Notes under the pieces: model-generated
Databases searched by the model: none
Seen by the model: only the letters and a program-made list of their open reading frames with translations
Told to the model about the DNA's origin: nothing
Position numbers and translations under genes: made by a program
Shown: positions 1 through 23,336 of the stretch, piece after piece
Layout of the letters: every line of letters starts with the position of its first letter
Numbering within the stretch: the stretch's first letter is position 1
NCBI RefSeq assembly: GCF_009914755.1
Contig: NC_060948.1
Source: the human T2T-CHM13v2.0 reference genome, Homo sapiens
DNA length: 64,000 nucleotides
Strand: one strand, 5' to 3'

Positions 1-1571
<1,571 letters not shown>

Positions 1572-2140
1572 AGATCCATATTTTTTAAATGAAAAAAAAT
1601 TTCAAAAGTACTCTGCTTGGTACAATAATCAAATGTATAAACTGAGGAATAAAACATAACCATGAAACCTACTTATAACTGCATATGGAAAATACAGAGG
1701 ATAATTTTTTAAATAACATATTTTGAAAGCCTTAACTAGTAATTTGAAGAGTTGGCATTTCAAAGGCCAGTATGAATATACCTTCAAAGCAGCAACACAG
1801 GTTCCCCATGAGAAAAATCAAACTCAGGGAAAATAAAACCACAAAGGTTCAATCTCTTCTGACCTTTGAAAGACACAGCACAGACAGTGGTCCTTAGGAC
1901 GAAGAGCAGGAGACCCCTAATTCCGTCATCATGGCGATAGGGCATAAACATTGCTGGGTGAGGGCACAATCCACATTGTGAGGTCCAACTGCTGCCAGGA
2001 AGACAGGAGTGCTTTTACATAGACCGAAAGGTCATTGAAGGCTCAGAGTTTTGTTTCAAGAACTGAATCCCAAGCCCACACGTTATTAGGCTGCGCTTCT
2101 TAAAACAAGTTATGAGATGGGAAAAAGGGCACCCACAAAC
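1572..2140. repeat. HSATI-type, more GC-rich subunit of DYZ2 (U1; recurs immediately after every Alu, last copy ~62053-62621)
   Basis: ~570 bp of non-Alu complex sequence between the Alu 5' end and the AT-rich tract. The name comes from the known tripartite DYZ2 structure; boundaries are approximate. Confidence 0.75.
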
Positions 2141-3991
<1,851 letters not shown>

Positions 3992-6096
3992 AGATCCATA
4001 TTTTTTAAATGAAAAAAAATTTCAAAAGTACTCTGCTTGGTACAATAATCAAATGTATAAACTGAGGAATAAAACATAACCATGAAACCTACTTATAACT
4101 GCATATGGAAAATACAGAGGATAATTTTTTAAATAACATATTTTGAAAGCCTTAACTAGTAATTTGAAGAGTTGGCATTTCAAAGGCCAGTATGAATATA
4201 CCTTCAAAGCAGCAACACAGGTTCCCCATGAGAAAAAGCAAACTCAGGGAAAATAAAACCACAAAGGTTCAATCTCTTCTGACCTTTGAAAGACACAGCA
4301 CAGACAGTGGTCCTTAGGACGAAGAGCAGGAGACCCCTAATTCCGTCATCATGGCGATAGGGCATAAACATTGCTGGGTGAGGGCACAATCCACATTGTG
4401 AGGTCCAACTGCTGCCAGGAAGACAGGAGTGCTTTTACATAGACCGAAAGGTCATTGAAGGCTCAGAGTTTTGTTTCAAGAACTGAATCCCAAGCCCACA
4501 CGTTATTAGGCTGCGCTTCTTAAAACAAGTTATGAGATGGGAAAAAGGGCACCCACAAACATACGTATACATTATGTATATAATAATATACAGTATCATA
4601 TATATAATATATATAACCTATGTATAATATTGTTTTACATAATGCATCTTATATTATATATATTGTATAAAATATAATAATTGATAATATATAAGTTTTA
4701 TATTTATACAATATGACATATAGTATATATTATAATTTATGACATATATAATATATGTTATATATCATATATAGAATATATTATACGGTTAATATACGTA
4801 TTAAATATAAATTATACATTACATATATTATATATAATATATCTGTTATATATAATACCCATTATGCATAATATATATATTATGTCTATGTTATATATAG
4901 TATAAAACAACATATAATAATATATTATTGTATATATAAAATGCGACATATAATATATATTATATTTTATGACATGTGTAATATATATTATATATTATAT
5001 ATAATACGTTGTATGTATAATACCTATAATAAATATATATTATATGACTATGTTATTAATTACATGTCACATGTGTTATATATTATATATTTTACATAGA
5101 ATATACCGGTTACATACAATATATACTATGTTACCTATAATGAATAATTTATTACATGTAAAATAAAGAATGCAATATATTATGTATAATTTATAATATA
5201 CAATATGTGGAATGTGATATATATAACATATAATATATGATATATGATATACAGTATATGATATATAACATGCAATATATGATACCTAATATATATGGTA
5301 CACAGTATATATTTTATGATATGTATTCTATATGTTTTATATTCTGTTATATATAACTATTTGAAATTATATATAACTGTATAATATTTTATGTAAATAT
5401 GTAATATAATATATATAACTATATAATATATTATATATAACTATATATTATGTTATATATAATTTTATAACATAATTTACATAAAATATCATAATATAAT
5501 ATATATTATATTATTTCATATTACATAATATATATTACATATCACCCAATATAAGTATCATACATAATATTATAATATAGATTATGTTATGTTATATTAA
5601 ATATCATATATATCATGTATCATATATTCTATAATATATATTATACATTATATAATATGTATGTTGTCTATTATGTGATATATATAACTATATATATAGT
5701 TATATTATTATACATATAACTAGATAAACATGTAATTCTACATATTTTCATTTATAATATATAGAATTATATAATCATATATAATTATTTATATTCTATA
5801 AAAAATTATATCATTATATAAATTATAATATATAAAAATTATAATATGTACTACAAATATATATATTATATATCATATATGATATAGTACCTTTGTTATA
5901 TATCATAATACATATAAATGTGTATTATGTTATCTATAATTATATAATTTCACATATAAGATGTATAATATGTATTATATATTATATATGTTATGTAATA
6001 TATATAGTATATATAAGATGACACAGGATAAATATTATATACTATGACATATAAAATATATGAGGTTATATGTTACATATAAGGCATAGCACATAA

Positions 6097-6411
<315 letters not shown>

Positions 6412-8535
6412 AGATCCATATTTTTTAAATGAAAAAAAATTTCAAAGGTACTCTGCTTGGTACAATAATCAAATGTATAAACTGAGGAATAAAACATAAC
6501 CATGAAACTACTTATAACTGCATATGGAAAATACACAGGATAATTTTTTAAATAACATATTTTGAAAGCCTTAACTAGTACTTTGAAGAGTTGGCATTTG
6601 AAAGGCCAGTATGAATATACCTTCAAAGCAGCAACACAGGTTCCCCATGAGAAAAAGCAAACTCAGGGAAAATAAAACCACAAAGGTTCAATCTCTTCTG
6701 ACCTTTGAAAGACACAGCACAGACAGTGGCCCTTAGGACGAAGAGCAGGAGACCCCTAAATCCGTCACCATGGCGATAGGGCATAAACATTGCTGGGTGA
6801 GGGCACAATCCACATTGTGAGGTCCAACTGCTGCCAGGAAGACAGCAGTGCTTTTACATAGACCGAAAGGTCATTGAAGGCTCAGAATTTTGTTTCAAGT
6901 ACTGAATCTCAAGCCCACACGTTATTAGGCTGCGCTTCTTAAAACAAGTTATGAGATGGGAAAAAGGGCACCCACAAACATACGTATACATTATGTATAT
7001 AATAATATACAGTATCATATATATAATATATATAACCTATGTATAATATTGTTTTACATCCTGCATCTTATATTATATATATTGTATAAAATATAATAAT
7101 TGATAATATATAAGTTTTATATTTATACAATATGACATATAGTATATATTATAATTTATGACATATATAATATATGTTATATATCATATATAGAATATAT
7201 TATACGGTTAATATACGTATTAAATATAAATTATACATTATATATATTATATATAATATATCTGTTATATATAATACCCATTATGCATAATATATATATT
7301 ATGTCTGTGTTATATATAGTATAAAACAACATATAATAATATATAATTGTATATATAAAATGCGACATATAATATATATTATATTTTATGACATATGTAA
7401 TATATATTATATATTATATATAATACGTTGTATGTATAATACCTATAATAAATATATATTATATGACTATGTTATTAATTACATGTCACATGTGTTATAT
7501 ATTATATATTTTACATAGAATATACCGGTTACATACAATATATACTATGTTACCTATAATGTATAATTTATTACATGTGAAATAAAGTATGCAATATATT
7601 ATGTATAATTTATAATATACAATATGTGGAATGTGATATATATAACATATAATATATGATATATGATATACAGCATATGATATATAACATACAATATATG
7701 ATACCTAATATATATGGTATACAATATATATTTTATGATATGTATTCTATATGTTTTATATTCTGTTATATATAACTATTTGAAATTATATATAACTGTA
7801 TAATATTTTATGTAAATATGTAATATAATATATATAACTATATAATATATTATATATAACTACATATTATGTTATATATACTTTTATAACTTAATTTACA
7901 TAAAATATCATAATATAATATATATTATATTATTTCATATTACATAATATATATTACATATCACCCAATATAAGTAACATACATAATATTATAATATAGA
8001 TTATATTATGTTATATTAAATATCATATATATCATGTATCATATAATCTATAATATATATTATACATTATATAATATGTATGTTGTTTATTATGTGATAT
8101 ATATAACTATATTTATAATTATATTTTTATACATATAACTAGATAAACATGTAATTCTACATATTTTCATTTATAATATATAGAATTATATAATCATATA
8201 TAATTATTTATATTCTATAAAAAATTATATCATATAAATTATAATATATAAAAATTATAATATGTACTACACATATATATATTATATATCATATATGATA
8301 TAGTACCTTTGTTATATATCATAATACATATAAATGTGTATTATGTTATCTATAATTATATAATTTCATATATAAGATGTATAATATTTATTATATATTA
8401 TATAAGTTATGTAATATATATAGTATATATAAGATGACACAGGATAAATATTATATACTATGACATATAAAATATATGAGGTTATATGTTACATATAAGG
8501 CATAGCACATAACATGTAATATATATCATCTATAA

Positions 8536-8827
<292 letters not shown>

Positions 8828-10932
8828 AGATCCATATTTTTTAAATGAAAAAAAATTTCAAAGGTACTCTGCTTGGTACAATAATCAAATGTATAAACTG
8901 AGGAATAAAACATAACCATGAAACCTACTTATAACTGCATATGGAAAATACAGAGGATAATTTTTTAAATAACATATTTTGAAAGCCTTAACTAGTAATT
9001 TGAAGAGTTGGCATTTGAAAGGCCAGTATGAATATACCTTCAAAGCAGCAACACAGGTTCCCCATGAGAAAAAGCAAACTCAGGGAAAATAAAACCACAA
9101 AGGTTCAATCTCTTCTGACCTTTGAAAGACACAGCACAGACAGTGGTCCTTAGGACGAAGAGCAAGAGACCCCTAATTCCGTCACCATGGCGATAGGGCA
9201 TAAACATTGCTGGGTGAGGGCACAATCCACATTGTGAGGTCCAACTGCTGCCAGGAAGACAGGAGTGCTTTTACATAGACCGAAAGATCATTGAAGGCTC
9301 AGAGTTTTGTTTCAAGAACTGAATCCCAAGCCCACACGTTATTAGGCTGCGCTTCTTAAAACAAGTTATGAGATGGGAAAAAGGGCACCCACAGACATAC
9401 GTATACATTATGTATATAATAATATACAGTATCATATATATAATATATATAACCTATGTATAATATTGTTTTACATCCTGCATCTTATATTATATATATT
9501 GTATAAAATATAATAATTGATAATATATAAGTTTTATATTTATACAATATGACATACAGTATATATTATAATTTATGACATATATAATATATGTTATATA
9601 TCATATATAGAATATATTATACGGTTAATATACGTATTAAATATAAATTATACATTATATATATTATATATAATATATCTGATATATATAAAACCCATTA
9701 TGCATAATATATATATTATGTCTAGGTTATATATAGTATAAAACAACATATAATAATATATAATTGTATATATAAAATGCGACATATAATATATATTATA
9801 TTTTATGACATATGTAATATATATTATATATTATATATAATACGTTGTATGTATAATACCTATAATAAATATATATTATATGACTATGTTATTAATTACA
9901 TGTCACATGTGTTATATATTATATATTTTACATAGAATATACCGGTTACATACAATATATACTATGTTACCTATAATGTATATTTTATTACATGTGAAAT
10001 AAAGAATGCAATATATTATGTATAATTTATAATATACAATATGTGGAATGTGATATATATAACATATAATATATGATATATGATATACAGTATATGATAT
10101 ATAACATACAATATATGATACCTAATATATATGGTATACAATATATATTTTATGATATGTATTCCATATGTTTTATATTCTGTTATAAATAACTATTTGA
10201 AATTATATATAACTGTATAATATTTTATGTAAATATGTAATATAATATATATAACTATATAATATATTATATATAACTATATATATTGTTATATATACTT
10301 TTATAACATAATTTACATAAAATATCATAATATAATATATATTATATTATTTCATATTACATAATATATATTACATATCACCCAATATAAGTAACATACA
10401 TAATATTATAATATAGATTATATTATGTTATATTAAATATCATATATATCATGTATCATATAATCTATAATATATATTATACATTATATAATATGTATGT
10501 TGTCTATTATGTGATATATATAACTATATATATAATTATATTATTATACATATAACTAGATAAACATGTAATTCTACATATTTTCATTTATAATATATAG
10601 AATTATATAATCATATATAATTATTTATATTCTATAAAAAATTATATCGTTATATAAATTATAATATGTAAAAATTATAATATGTACTACAAATATATAT
10701 ATTATATATCATATATGATATGGTACCTTTGTTATATATCATAATACATATAAATGTGTATTATGTTATCTATAATTATATAATTTCATATATAAGATGT
10801 ATAATATTTATTATATATTATATATGTTATGTAATATATATAGTATATATAAGATGACACAGGATAAATATTATATACTATGACATATAAAATATATGAG
10901 GTTATATGTTACATATAAGTCATAGCACATAA

Positions 10933-11247
<315 letters not shown>

Positions 11248-13352
11248 AGATCCATATTTTTTAAATGAAAAAAAATTTCAAAGGTACTCTGCTTGGTACA
11301 ATAATCAAGTGTATAAACTGAGGAATAAAACATAACCATGAAACCTACTTATAACTGCATATGGAAAATACAGAGGATAATTTTTTAAATAACATATTAT
11401 GAAAGCCTTAACTAGTAATTTGAAGAGTTGGCATTTGAAAGGCCAGTATGAATATACCTTCAAAGCAGCAACACAGGTTCCCCATGAGAAAAAGCAAACT
11501 CAGGGAAAATAAAACCACAAAGGTTCAATGTCTTCTGACCTTTGAAAGACACAGCACAGACAGTGGCCCTTAGGACGAAGAGCTGGAGACCCCTAATTCC
11601 GTCACCATGGCGATAGGGCATAAACATTGCTGGGTGAGGGCACAATCCACATTGTGAGGTCCAACTGCTGCCAGGAAGACAGGAGTGCTTTTACATAGAC
11701 CGAAAGGTCATTGAAGGCTCAGAGTTTTGTTTCAAGAACTGAATCCCAAGCCCACACGTTATTAGGCTGCGCTTCTTAAAACAAGTTATGAGATGGGAAA
11801 AAGGGCACCCACAAACATACGTATACATTATGTATATAATAATATACAGTATCATATATATAATATATATAACCTATGTATAATATTGTTTTACATCCTG
11901 CATCTTATATTATATATATTGTTTAAAATATAATAATTGATAATATATAAGTTTTATATTTATACAATATGACATATAGTATATATTATACTTTATGACA
12001 TATATAATATATGTTATATATCATATATAGAATATATTATACGGTTAATATACGTATTAAATATAAATTATACATTATATATATTATATATAATATATCT
12101 GTTACATATAATACCCATTATGCATAATATATATATTATGTCTATGTTATATATAGTATAAAACAACATATAATAATATATAATTGTATATATAAAATGC
12201 GACATATAATATATATTATATTTTATGACATATGTAATATATATTATATATTATATATAATACGTTGTATGTATAATACCTATAATAAATATATATTATA
12301 TGACTATGTTATTAATTACATGTCACATGTGTTATATATTATATATTTTACATAGAATATACCGGTTACATACAATATATACTATGTTACCTATAATGTA
12401 TAATTTATTACATGTAAAACAAAGAATGCAATATATTATGTATAATTTATAATGTACAATATGTGGAATGTGATATATATAACATATAATATATGATATA
12501 TGATATACAGTATATGATATATACCATACAATATACGATACCTAATATATATGGTATACAATATATATTTTATGATATGTATTCTATATGTTTTATATTC
12601 TGTTATATATAACTATTTGAAATTATATATAACTGTATAATATTTTATGTAAATATGTAATATAATATATATAATTATATAATATATTATATATAACTAT
12701 ATATTATGTTATATATACTTTTATAACATAATTTACATAAAATATCATAATATAATATACATTATATTATTTCATATTACATAATATATATTACATATCA
12801 CCCAATATAAGTAACATACATAATATTATAATATAGATTATATTATGTTATATTAAATATCATATATATCATGTATCATATAATCTATAATATATATTAT
12901 ACATTATATAATATGTATGTTGTCTATTATGTGATATATATAACTATATATATAATTATATTATTATACATATAACTAGATAAACATGTAATTCTACATA
13001 TTTTCATTTATAATATATAGAATTATATAATCATATATAATTATTTATATTCTATAAAAAATTATATTGTTATATAAATTATAATATGTAAAAATTATAA
13101 TATGTACTACAAATACATATATTATATATCATATATGATATGGTACCTTTGTTATATATCATAATACATATAAATGTGTATTATGTTATCTATAATTATA
13201 TAATTTCATTTATAAGATGTATAATATTTATTATATATTATATATGTTATGTAATATATATAGTATATATAAGATGACACAGGATAAATATTATATACTA
13301 TGACATATAAAATATATGAGGTTATATGTTACATATAAGGCATAGCACATAA

Positions 13353-13667
<315 letters not shown>

Positions 13668-15772
13668 AGATCCATATTTTTTAAATGAAAAAAAATTTCA
13701 AAGGTACTCTGCTTGGTACAATAATCAAGTGCATAAACTGAGGAATAAAACATAACCAAGAAACCTACTTATAACTGCATATGGAAAATACAGAGGATAA
13801 TTTTTTAAATAACATATTTTGAAAGCCTTAACTAGTAATTTGAAGAGTTGGCATTTGAAAGGCCAGTATGAATATACCTTCAAAGCAGCAACACAGGTTC
13901 CCCATGAGAAAAAGCAAACTCAGGGAAAATAAAACCACTAAGGTTCAATGTCTTCTGACCTTTGAAAGACACAGCACAGACAGTGGCCCTTAGGACGAAG
14001 AGCTGGAGACCCCTAATTCCGTCACCATGGCGATAGGGCATAAACATTGCTGGGTGAGGGCACAATCCACATTGTGAGGTCCAAGTGCTGCCAGGAAGAC
14101 AGGAGTGCTTTTACATAGACCGAAAGGTCATTGAAGGCTCAGAGTTTTGTTTCAAGAACTGAATCCCAAGCCCACACGTTATTAGGCTGCGCTTCTTAAA
14201 ACAAGTTATGAGATGGGAAAAAGGGCACCCACACACATACGTATACATTATGTATATAATAATATACAGTATCATATATATAATATATATAACCTATGTA
14301 TAATATTGTTTTACATCCTGCATCTTATATTATATATATTGTTTAAAATATAATAATTGATAATATATAAGTTTTATATTTATACAATATGACATATAGT
14401 ATATATTATACTTTATGACATATATAATATATGTTATATATCATATATAGAATATATTATACGGTTAATATACGTATTAAATATAAATTATACATTATAT
14501 ATATTATATATAATATATCTGTTACATATAATACCCATTATGCATAATATATATATTATGTCTATGTTATATATAGTATAAAACAACATATAATAATATA
14601 TAATTGTATATATAAAATGCGACATATAATATATATTATATTTTATGACATATGTAATATATATTATATATTATATATAATACGTTGTATGTATAATACC
14701 TATAATAAATATATATTATATGACTATGTTATTAATTACATGTCACATGTGTTATATATTATATATTTTACATAGAATATACCGGTTACATACAATATAT
14801 ACTATGTTACCTATAATGTATAATTTATTACATGTAAAACAAAGAATGCAATATATTATGTATAATTTATAATGTACAATATGTGGAATGTGATATATAT
14901 AACATATAATATATGATATATGATATACAGTATATGATATATACCATACAATATACGATACCTAATATATATGGTATACAATATATATTTTATGATATGT
15001 ATTCTATATGTTTTATATTCTGTTATATATAACTATTTGAAATTATATATAACTGTATAATATTTTATGTAAATATGTAATATAATATATATAACTATAT
15101 AATATATTATATATAACTATATATTATGTTATATATACTTTTATAACATAATTTACATAAAATATCATAATATAATATACATTATATTATTTCATATTAC
15201 ATAATATATATTACATATCACCCAATATAAGTAACATACATAATATTATAATATAGATTATATTATGTTATATTAAATATCATATATATCATGTATCATA
15301 TAATCTATAATATATATTATACATTATATAATATGTATGTTGTCTATTATGTGATATATATAACTATATATATAATTATATTATTATACATATAACTAGA
15401 TAAACATGTAATTCTACATATTTTCATTTATAATATATAGAATTATATAATCATATATAATTATTTATATTCTATAAAAAATTATATCGTTATATAAATT
15501 ATAATATGTAAAAATTATAATATGTACTACAAATATATATATTATATATCATATATGATATGGTACCTTTGTTATATATCATAATACATATAAATGTGTA
15601 TTATGTTATCTATAATTATATAATTTCATATATAAGATGTATAATATTTATTATATATTATATATGTTATGTAATATATATAGTATATATAAGATGACAC
15701 AGGATAAATATTATATACTATGACATATAAAATATATGAGGTTATATGTTACATATAAGGCATAGCACATAA

Positions 15773-16087
<315 letters not shown>

Positions 16088-18192
16088 AGATCCATATTTT
16101 TTAAATGAAAAAAAATTTCAAAGGTACTCTGCTAGGTACAATAATCAAATGTATAAACTGAGGAATAAAAGATAACCATGAAACCTACTTATAACTGCAT
16201 ATGGAAAATACAGAGGATAATTTTTTAAATAACATATTTTGAAAGCCTTAACTAGTAATTTGAAGAGTTGGCATTTGAAAGGCCAGTATGAATATACCTT
16301 CAAAACAGCAACACAGGTTCCCCATGAGAAAAAGCAAACTCAGGGAAAATAAAACCACAAAGGTTCAATCTCTTCTGACCTTTGAAAGACACAGCACAGA
16401 CAGTGGTCCTTAGGACGAAGAGCAGGAGACCCCTAATTCCGTCACCATGGCGATAGGGCATAAACACTGCTGGGTGAGGGCACAATCCACATTGTGAGGT
16501 CCAACTGCTGCCAGGAAGACAGGAGTGCTTTTACATAGACCGAAAGGTCATTGAAGGCTCAGAGTTTTGTTTCAAGAACTGAATCCCAAGCCCACACGTT
16601 ATTAGGCTGCGCTTCTTAAAACAAGTTATGAGATGGGAAAAAGGGCACCGACAGACATACGTATACATTATGTATATAATAATATACAGTATCATATATA
16701 TAATATATATAATCTATGTATAATATTGTTTTACATCCTGCATCTTATACTATATATATTGTATAAAATATAATAATTGATAATATATAAATTTTACATT
16801 TATACAATATGACATATAGTATATATTATAATTTATGACATATATAATATATGTTATATATCATATATAGAATATATTATACGGTTAATATACGTATTAA
16901 ATATAAATTATACATTATATATATTATATATAATATATCTGTTACATATAATACCCATTATGCATAATATATATATTATGTCTATGTTATATATAGTATA
17001 AAACAACATATAATAATATATAATTGTATATATAAAATGCGACATATAATATATATTATATTTTATGACATATGTAATATATATTATATATTATATATAA
17101 TACGTTGTATGTATAATACCTATATTAAATATATATTATATGACTATGGTATTAATTACATGTCACATATGTTATATATTATATATTTTACATAGAATAT
17201 ACCGGTTACATACAATATATACTATGTTACCTATAATGTATAATATATTACATGTAAAATAAAGAATGCAATATATTATGTGTAATTTATAATATACAAT
17301 ATGTGGAATGTGATATATATAACATATAATATATGATATATGATATACAGTATATGATATATAACATGCAATCTATGATACCTAATATATATGGTATACA
17401 ATATATATTTTATGATATGTATTCTATATGTTTTATATTCTGTTATATATAACTATTTGAAATTATATATGACTGTATAATATTTTATGTAAATATGTAA
17501 TATAATATATATAACTATATAATATATTTTATATAACTATATATTTTGTTATATATACTTTTATAACATAATTTACATAAAATATCATAATATAATATAT
17601 ATTATATTATTTCATATTACATAATATATATTACATATCACCCAATATAAGTAACATACATAATATTACAATATAGATTATATTATGTTATATTAAATAT
17701 CATATATATCATGTATCATATATTCTATAATATATATTATACATTATATAATATGTATGTTGTCTATTATGTGATATATATAACTATATATATAATTATA
17801 TTATCATACATATAACTAGATAAACATGTAATTCTACATATTTTCATTTATAATATATAGAATTATATAATCATATATAATTATTTATATTCTATAAAAA
17901 ATTATAGCTTTATATAAATTATAATATATAAAAATTATAATATGTACTACAAATATATATATTGTATATCATATATGATATAGTACCTTTGTTATATATG
18001 ATAATACTTATAAATGTGTATTATGTTATCTATAATTATATAATTTCATATATAAGATGTATAATATTTATTATATATTATATATGTTATGTAATATATA
18101 TAGTATATATAAGATGACACAGGATAAATATTATATACTATGACATATAAAATATATGAGGTTATATGTTACATATAAGGCATAGCACATAA

Positions 18193-18507
<315 letters not shown>

Positions 18508-20610
18508 AGATCCATATTTTTTAAATGAAAAAAAATTTCAAAGGTACTCTGCTTGGTACAATAATCAAATGTATAAACTGAGGAATAAAACATAACCATG
18601 AAACCTACTTATAACTGCATATGGAAAATACAGAGGATAATTTTTTAAATAACATATTTTGAAAGCCTTAACTAGTAACTTGAAGAGTTGGCATTTGAAA
18701 GGCCAGTATGAATATACCTTCAAAGCAGCAACACAGGTTCCCCATGAGAAAAAGCAAACTCAGGGAAAATAAAACCACAAAGGTTCAATCTCTTCTGACC
18801 TTTGAAAGACACAGCACAGACAGTGGTCCTTAGGACGAAGAGCAGGAGACCCCTAATTCCGTCACCATGGCGATAGGGCATAAACACTGCTGGGTGAGGG
18901 CACAATCCACATTGTGAGGTCCAACTGCTGCCAGGAAGACAGGAGTGCTTTTACATAGACCGAAAGGTCATTGAAGGCTCAGAGTTTTGTTTCAAGAACT
19001 GAATCCCAAGCCCACACGTTATTAGGCTGCGCTTCTTAAAACAAGTTATGAGATGGGAAAAAGGGCACCCACAAACATACGTATACATTATGTATATAAT
19101 AATATACAGTATCATATATATAATATATATAACCTATGTATAATATTGTTTTACATCCTGCATCTTATATTATATATATTGTATAAAATATAATAATTGA
19201 TAATATATAAGTTTTATATTTATACAATATGACATATATTATATAATATAATTTATGACATATATAATATATGTTATATATCATAAATAGAATATATTAT
19301 ACGGTTAATATACGTATTAAATATAAATTATACATTATATATATTATATATAATATATCTGCTATATATAATACCCATTATGCATAATATATATATTATG
19401 TCTATGTTATGTATAGTATAAAACAACATATAATAATATATAATTGTATATATAAAATGCGACATATAATATATATTATATTTTATGACATCTGTAATAT
19501 ATATTATATATTATATATAATACATTGTATGTATAATACCTATATTAAATATATATTATATGACTATGTTATTAATTACCTGTCACATATGTTATATATT
19601 ATATATTTTACATAGAATATATGGGTTACATACAATATATACTATGTTACCTATAATGTATAATATATTACATGTAAAATAAAGAATGCAATATATTATG
19701 TGTAATCTATAATATACAATATGTGGAATGTGATATATATAACATATAATATATGATATATTATATACAGTATATGATATATAACATGCAATCTATGATA
19801 CCTAATATATATGGTATACAATATATATTTTATGATATGTATACTATATGTTTTATATTCTGTTATATATAACTATTTGAAATTATATATGACTGTATAA
19901 TATTTTATGTAAATATGTAATATAATATATAACTATGTAATATATTATATATAACTATATATTATGTTATATTTACTTTTATAACATAATTTACATAAAA
20001 TATCATAGTATAATATATATTATATTATTTCATATTACATAATATATATTACATATCACCCAATATAAGTAACATACATAATATGATAATATAGATTATA
20101 TTATGTTATATTAAATATCATATATATCATGTATCATATATTCTATAATATATATTATTCATTATATAATATGTATGTTGTCTATTATGTGATATATATA
20201 ACTATATATATAATTATATTATTATACATATAACTAGATAAACATGTAATACTACATATTTTCATTTATAATATATAGAATTATATAATCATATATAATT
20301 ATTTATATTCTATAAAAAATTATAGCTTTATATAAATTATAATATATAAAAATTATAATATGTACTACAAATATATATATTGTATATCATATATGATATA
20401 GTACCTTTGTTATATATGATAATACTTATAAATGTGTATTATGTTATCTATAATTATATAATTTCATAAATAAGGTGTATAATATTTATTATATATTATA
20501 TATGTTATGTAATATATATAGTACATATAAGATGACACAGGATAAATATTATATACTATGACATATAAAATATATGAGGTTATATGTTACATATAAGGCA
20601 TAGCACATAA

Positions 20611-20925
<315 letters not shown>

Positions 20926-23021
20926 AGATCCATATTTTTTAAATGAAAAAAAATTTCAAAAGTACTCTGCTTGGTACAATAATCAAATGTATAAACTGAG
21001 GAATAAAACATAACAATGAAACCTACTTATAACTGCATATGGAAAATACAGAGGATAATTATTTAAATAACATATTTTGAAAGCCTTAACTAGTAATTTG
21101 AAGAGTTGGCATTTGAAAGGCCAGTATGAATATACCTTCAAAGCAGCAACACAGGTTCCCCATGAGAAAAAGCAAACTCAGGGAAAATAAAACCACAAAG
21201 GTTCAATCTCTTCTGACTTTTGAAAGACACAGCACAGACAGTTTTCCTTAGGACGAAGAGCAGGAGACCCCTAATTCCGTCACTATAGCGATAGGGCATA
21301 AACATTGCTGGGTGAGGGCACAATCCACATTGTGAGGTCCAACTGTTGCCAGGAAGACAGGAGTGCTTTTACATAGACCGAAAGGTCATTGAAGGCTCAG
21401 AGTTTTGTTTCAAGAACTGAATCCCAAGCCCACACGTTATTGGGCTGCGCTTCTTAAAACAAGTTATGAGATGGGAAAAAGGGCACCCACAAACATACGT
21501 ATACATTATGTATATAATAATATACAGTATCATATATATAATATATATAACCTATGTATAATATTGTTTTACATCCTGTATCTTATATTATATATATTGT
21601 ATAAAATATAATAATTGATAATATATGTTTTATATTTATACAATATGACATATAGTATATATTATAATTTATGACATATATAATATATGTTATATATCAT
21701 ATATAGAATATATTATACGGTTAATATACGTATTAAATATAAATTATACATTATATATATTATATATAATATATCTGTTATATATAATACCCATTATGCA
21801 TAATATATATATTATGTCTGTGTTATATATAGTATAAAACAACATATAATAATATATAATTGTATATATAAAATGCGACATATAATATATATTATATTTT
21901 ATGACATATGTAATATATATTATATATTTTATATAATACGTTGTATGTATAATACCTATATTAAATATATATAATATGACTATGTTATTAATTACATGTC
22001 ACATATGTTATATGTTATATATTTTACATAGAATATAGTGGTTACATACAATATATACTATGTTACCTGTAATGTATAATTTATTACATGTAAAATAAAG
22101 AATGCAATATATTATGTATAATTTATAATATACAATATGTGGAATGTGATATATATAACATATATGATATATGATATACAGTATATGATATATAACATAC
22201 AATATATGATACCTAATATATATGGTATGCAATATATATTTTATGATATGTATTCTATATGTTTTATATTCTGTTATATATAACTATTTGAAATTATATA
22301 TAACTGTATAATATTTTATGTAAATATGTAATATAATATATATAACTATATAATATATTATATATAACTATATATTATGTTATATATACTTTTATAACAT
22401 AATTTACATAAAATGTCATAATAAAATATATATTATATTATTTCATATTACATAATATATATTGCATATCACCCAATATAAGTAACATACATAATATTAT
22501 AATATAGGTTATATTATGTTATATTAAATATCATATATATCATGTATCATATATTCTATAATATATATTATACATTATATAATATGTATGTTGCCTATTA
22601 TGTGATATATATAACTATATATAATTATATTATTATACATATAACTAGATAAACATGTAATTCTACATATTTTCATTTATAATATATAGAATTATATAAT
22701 CATATATAATTATTTATATTCTATAAAAAATTATATCATTATATAAATTATAATATATAAAAATTATAATACGTACTACAAATATATATATTATATATCA
22801 TATATGATATAGTACCTTTGTTACATATCATAGTACATATAAATGTGTATTATGTTATCTATAATTATATAATTTCATATATAAGATGTATAATATGTAT
22901 TATATATTATATATGTTATGTAATATATATAGTATATATAAGATGACACAGGATAAATATTATATACTATGACATATAAAATATATGAGGTTATATCTTA
23001 CATATAAGGCATAGCACATAA

Positions 23022-23336
<315 letters not shown>

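Noticed and set aside
1640-1840. AATAAA polyadenylation signals and abundant TATA boxes
   Set aside because: Expected from base composition; there is no associated gene or promoter context.
1784-1969. 61-aa minus-strand ORF (MCPHPAMFMPYR...) open in all 26 units
   Set aside because: It starts at TTG (CAA at 1967-1969) and has no recognisable domain. Between-copy changes are almost all non-synonymous (about 19 amino-acid variants; I noticed one silent change, in U4). Conservation is explained by very high unit identity. Ribo-seq or proteomics evidence would be needed.
1965-1980. Inverted repeat CACAAT-CCAC-ATTGTG resembling a paired SOX/HMG site or hairpin
   Set aside because: A 6-bp stem is expected by chance, the spacing looks short for SOXE dimers, and invariance across copies is uninformative at this identity.
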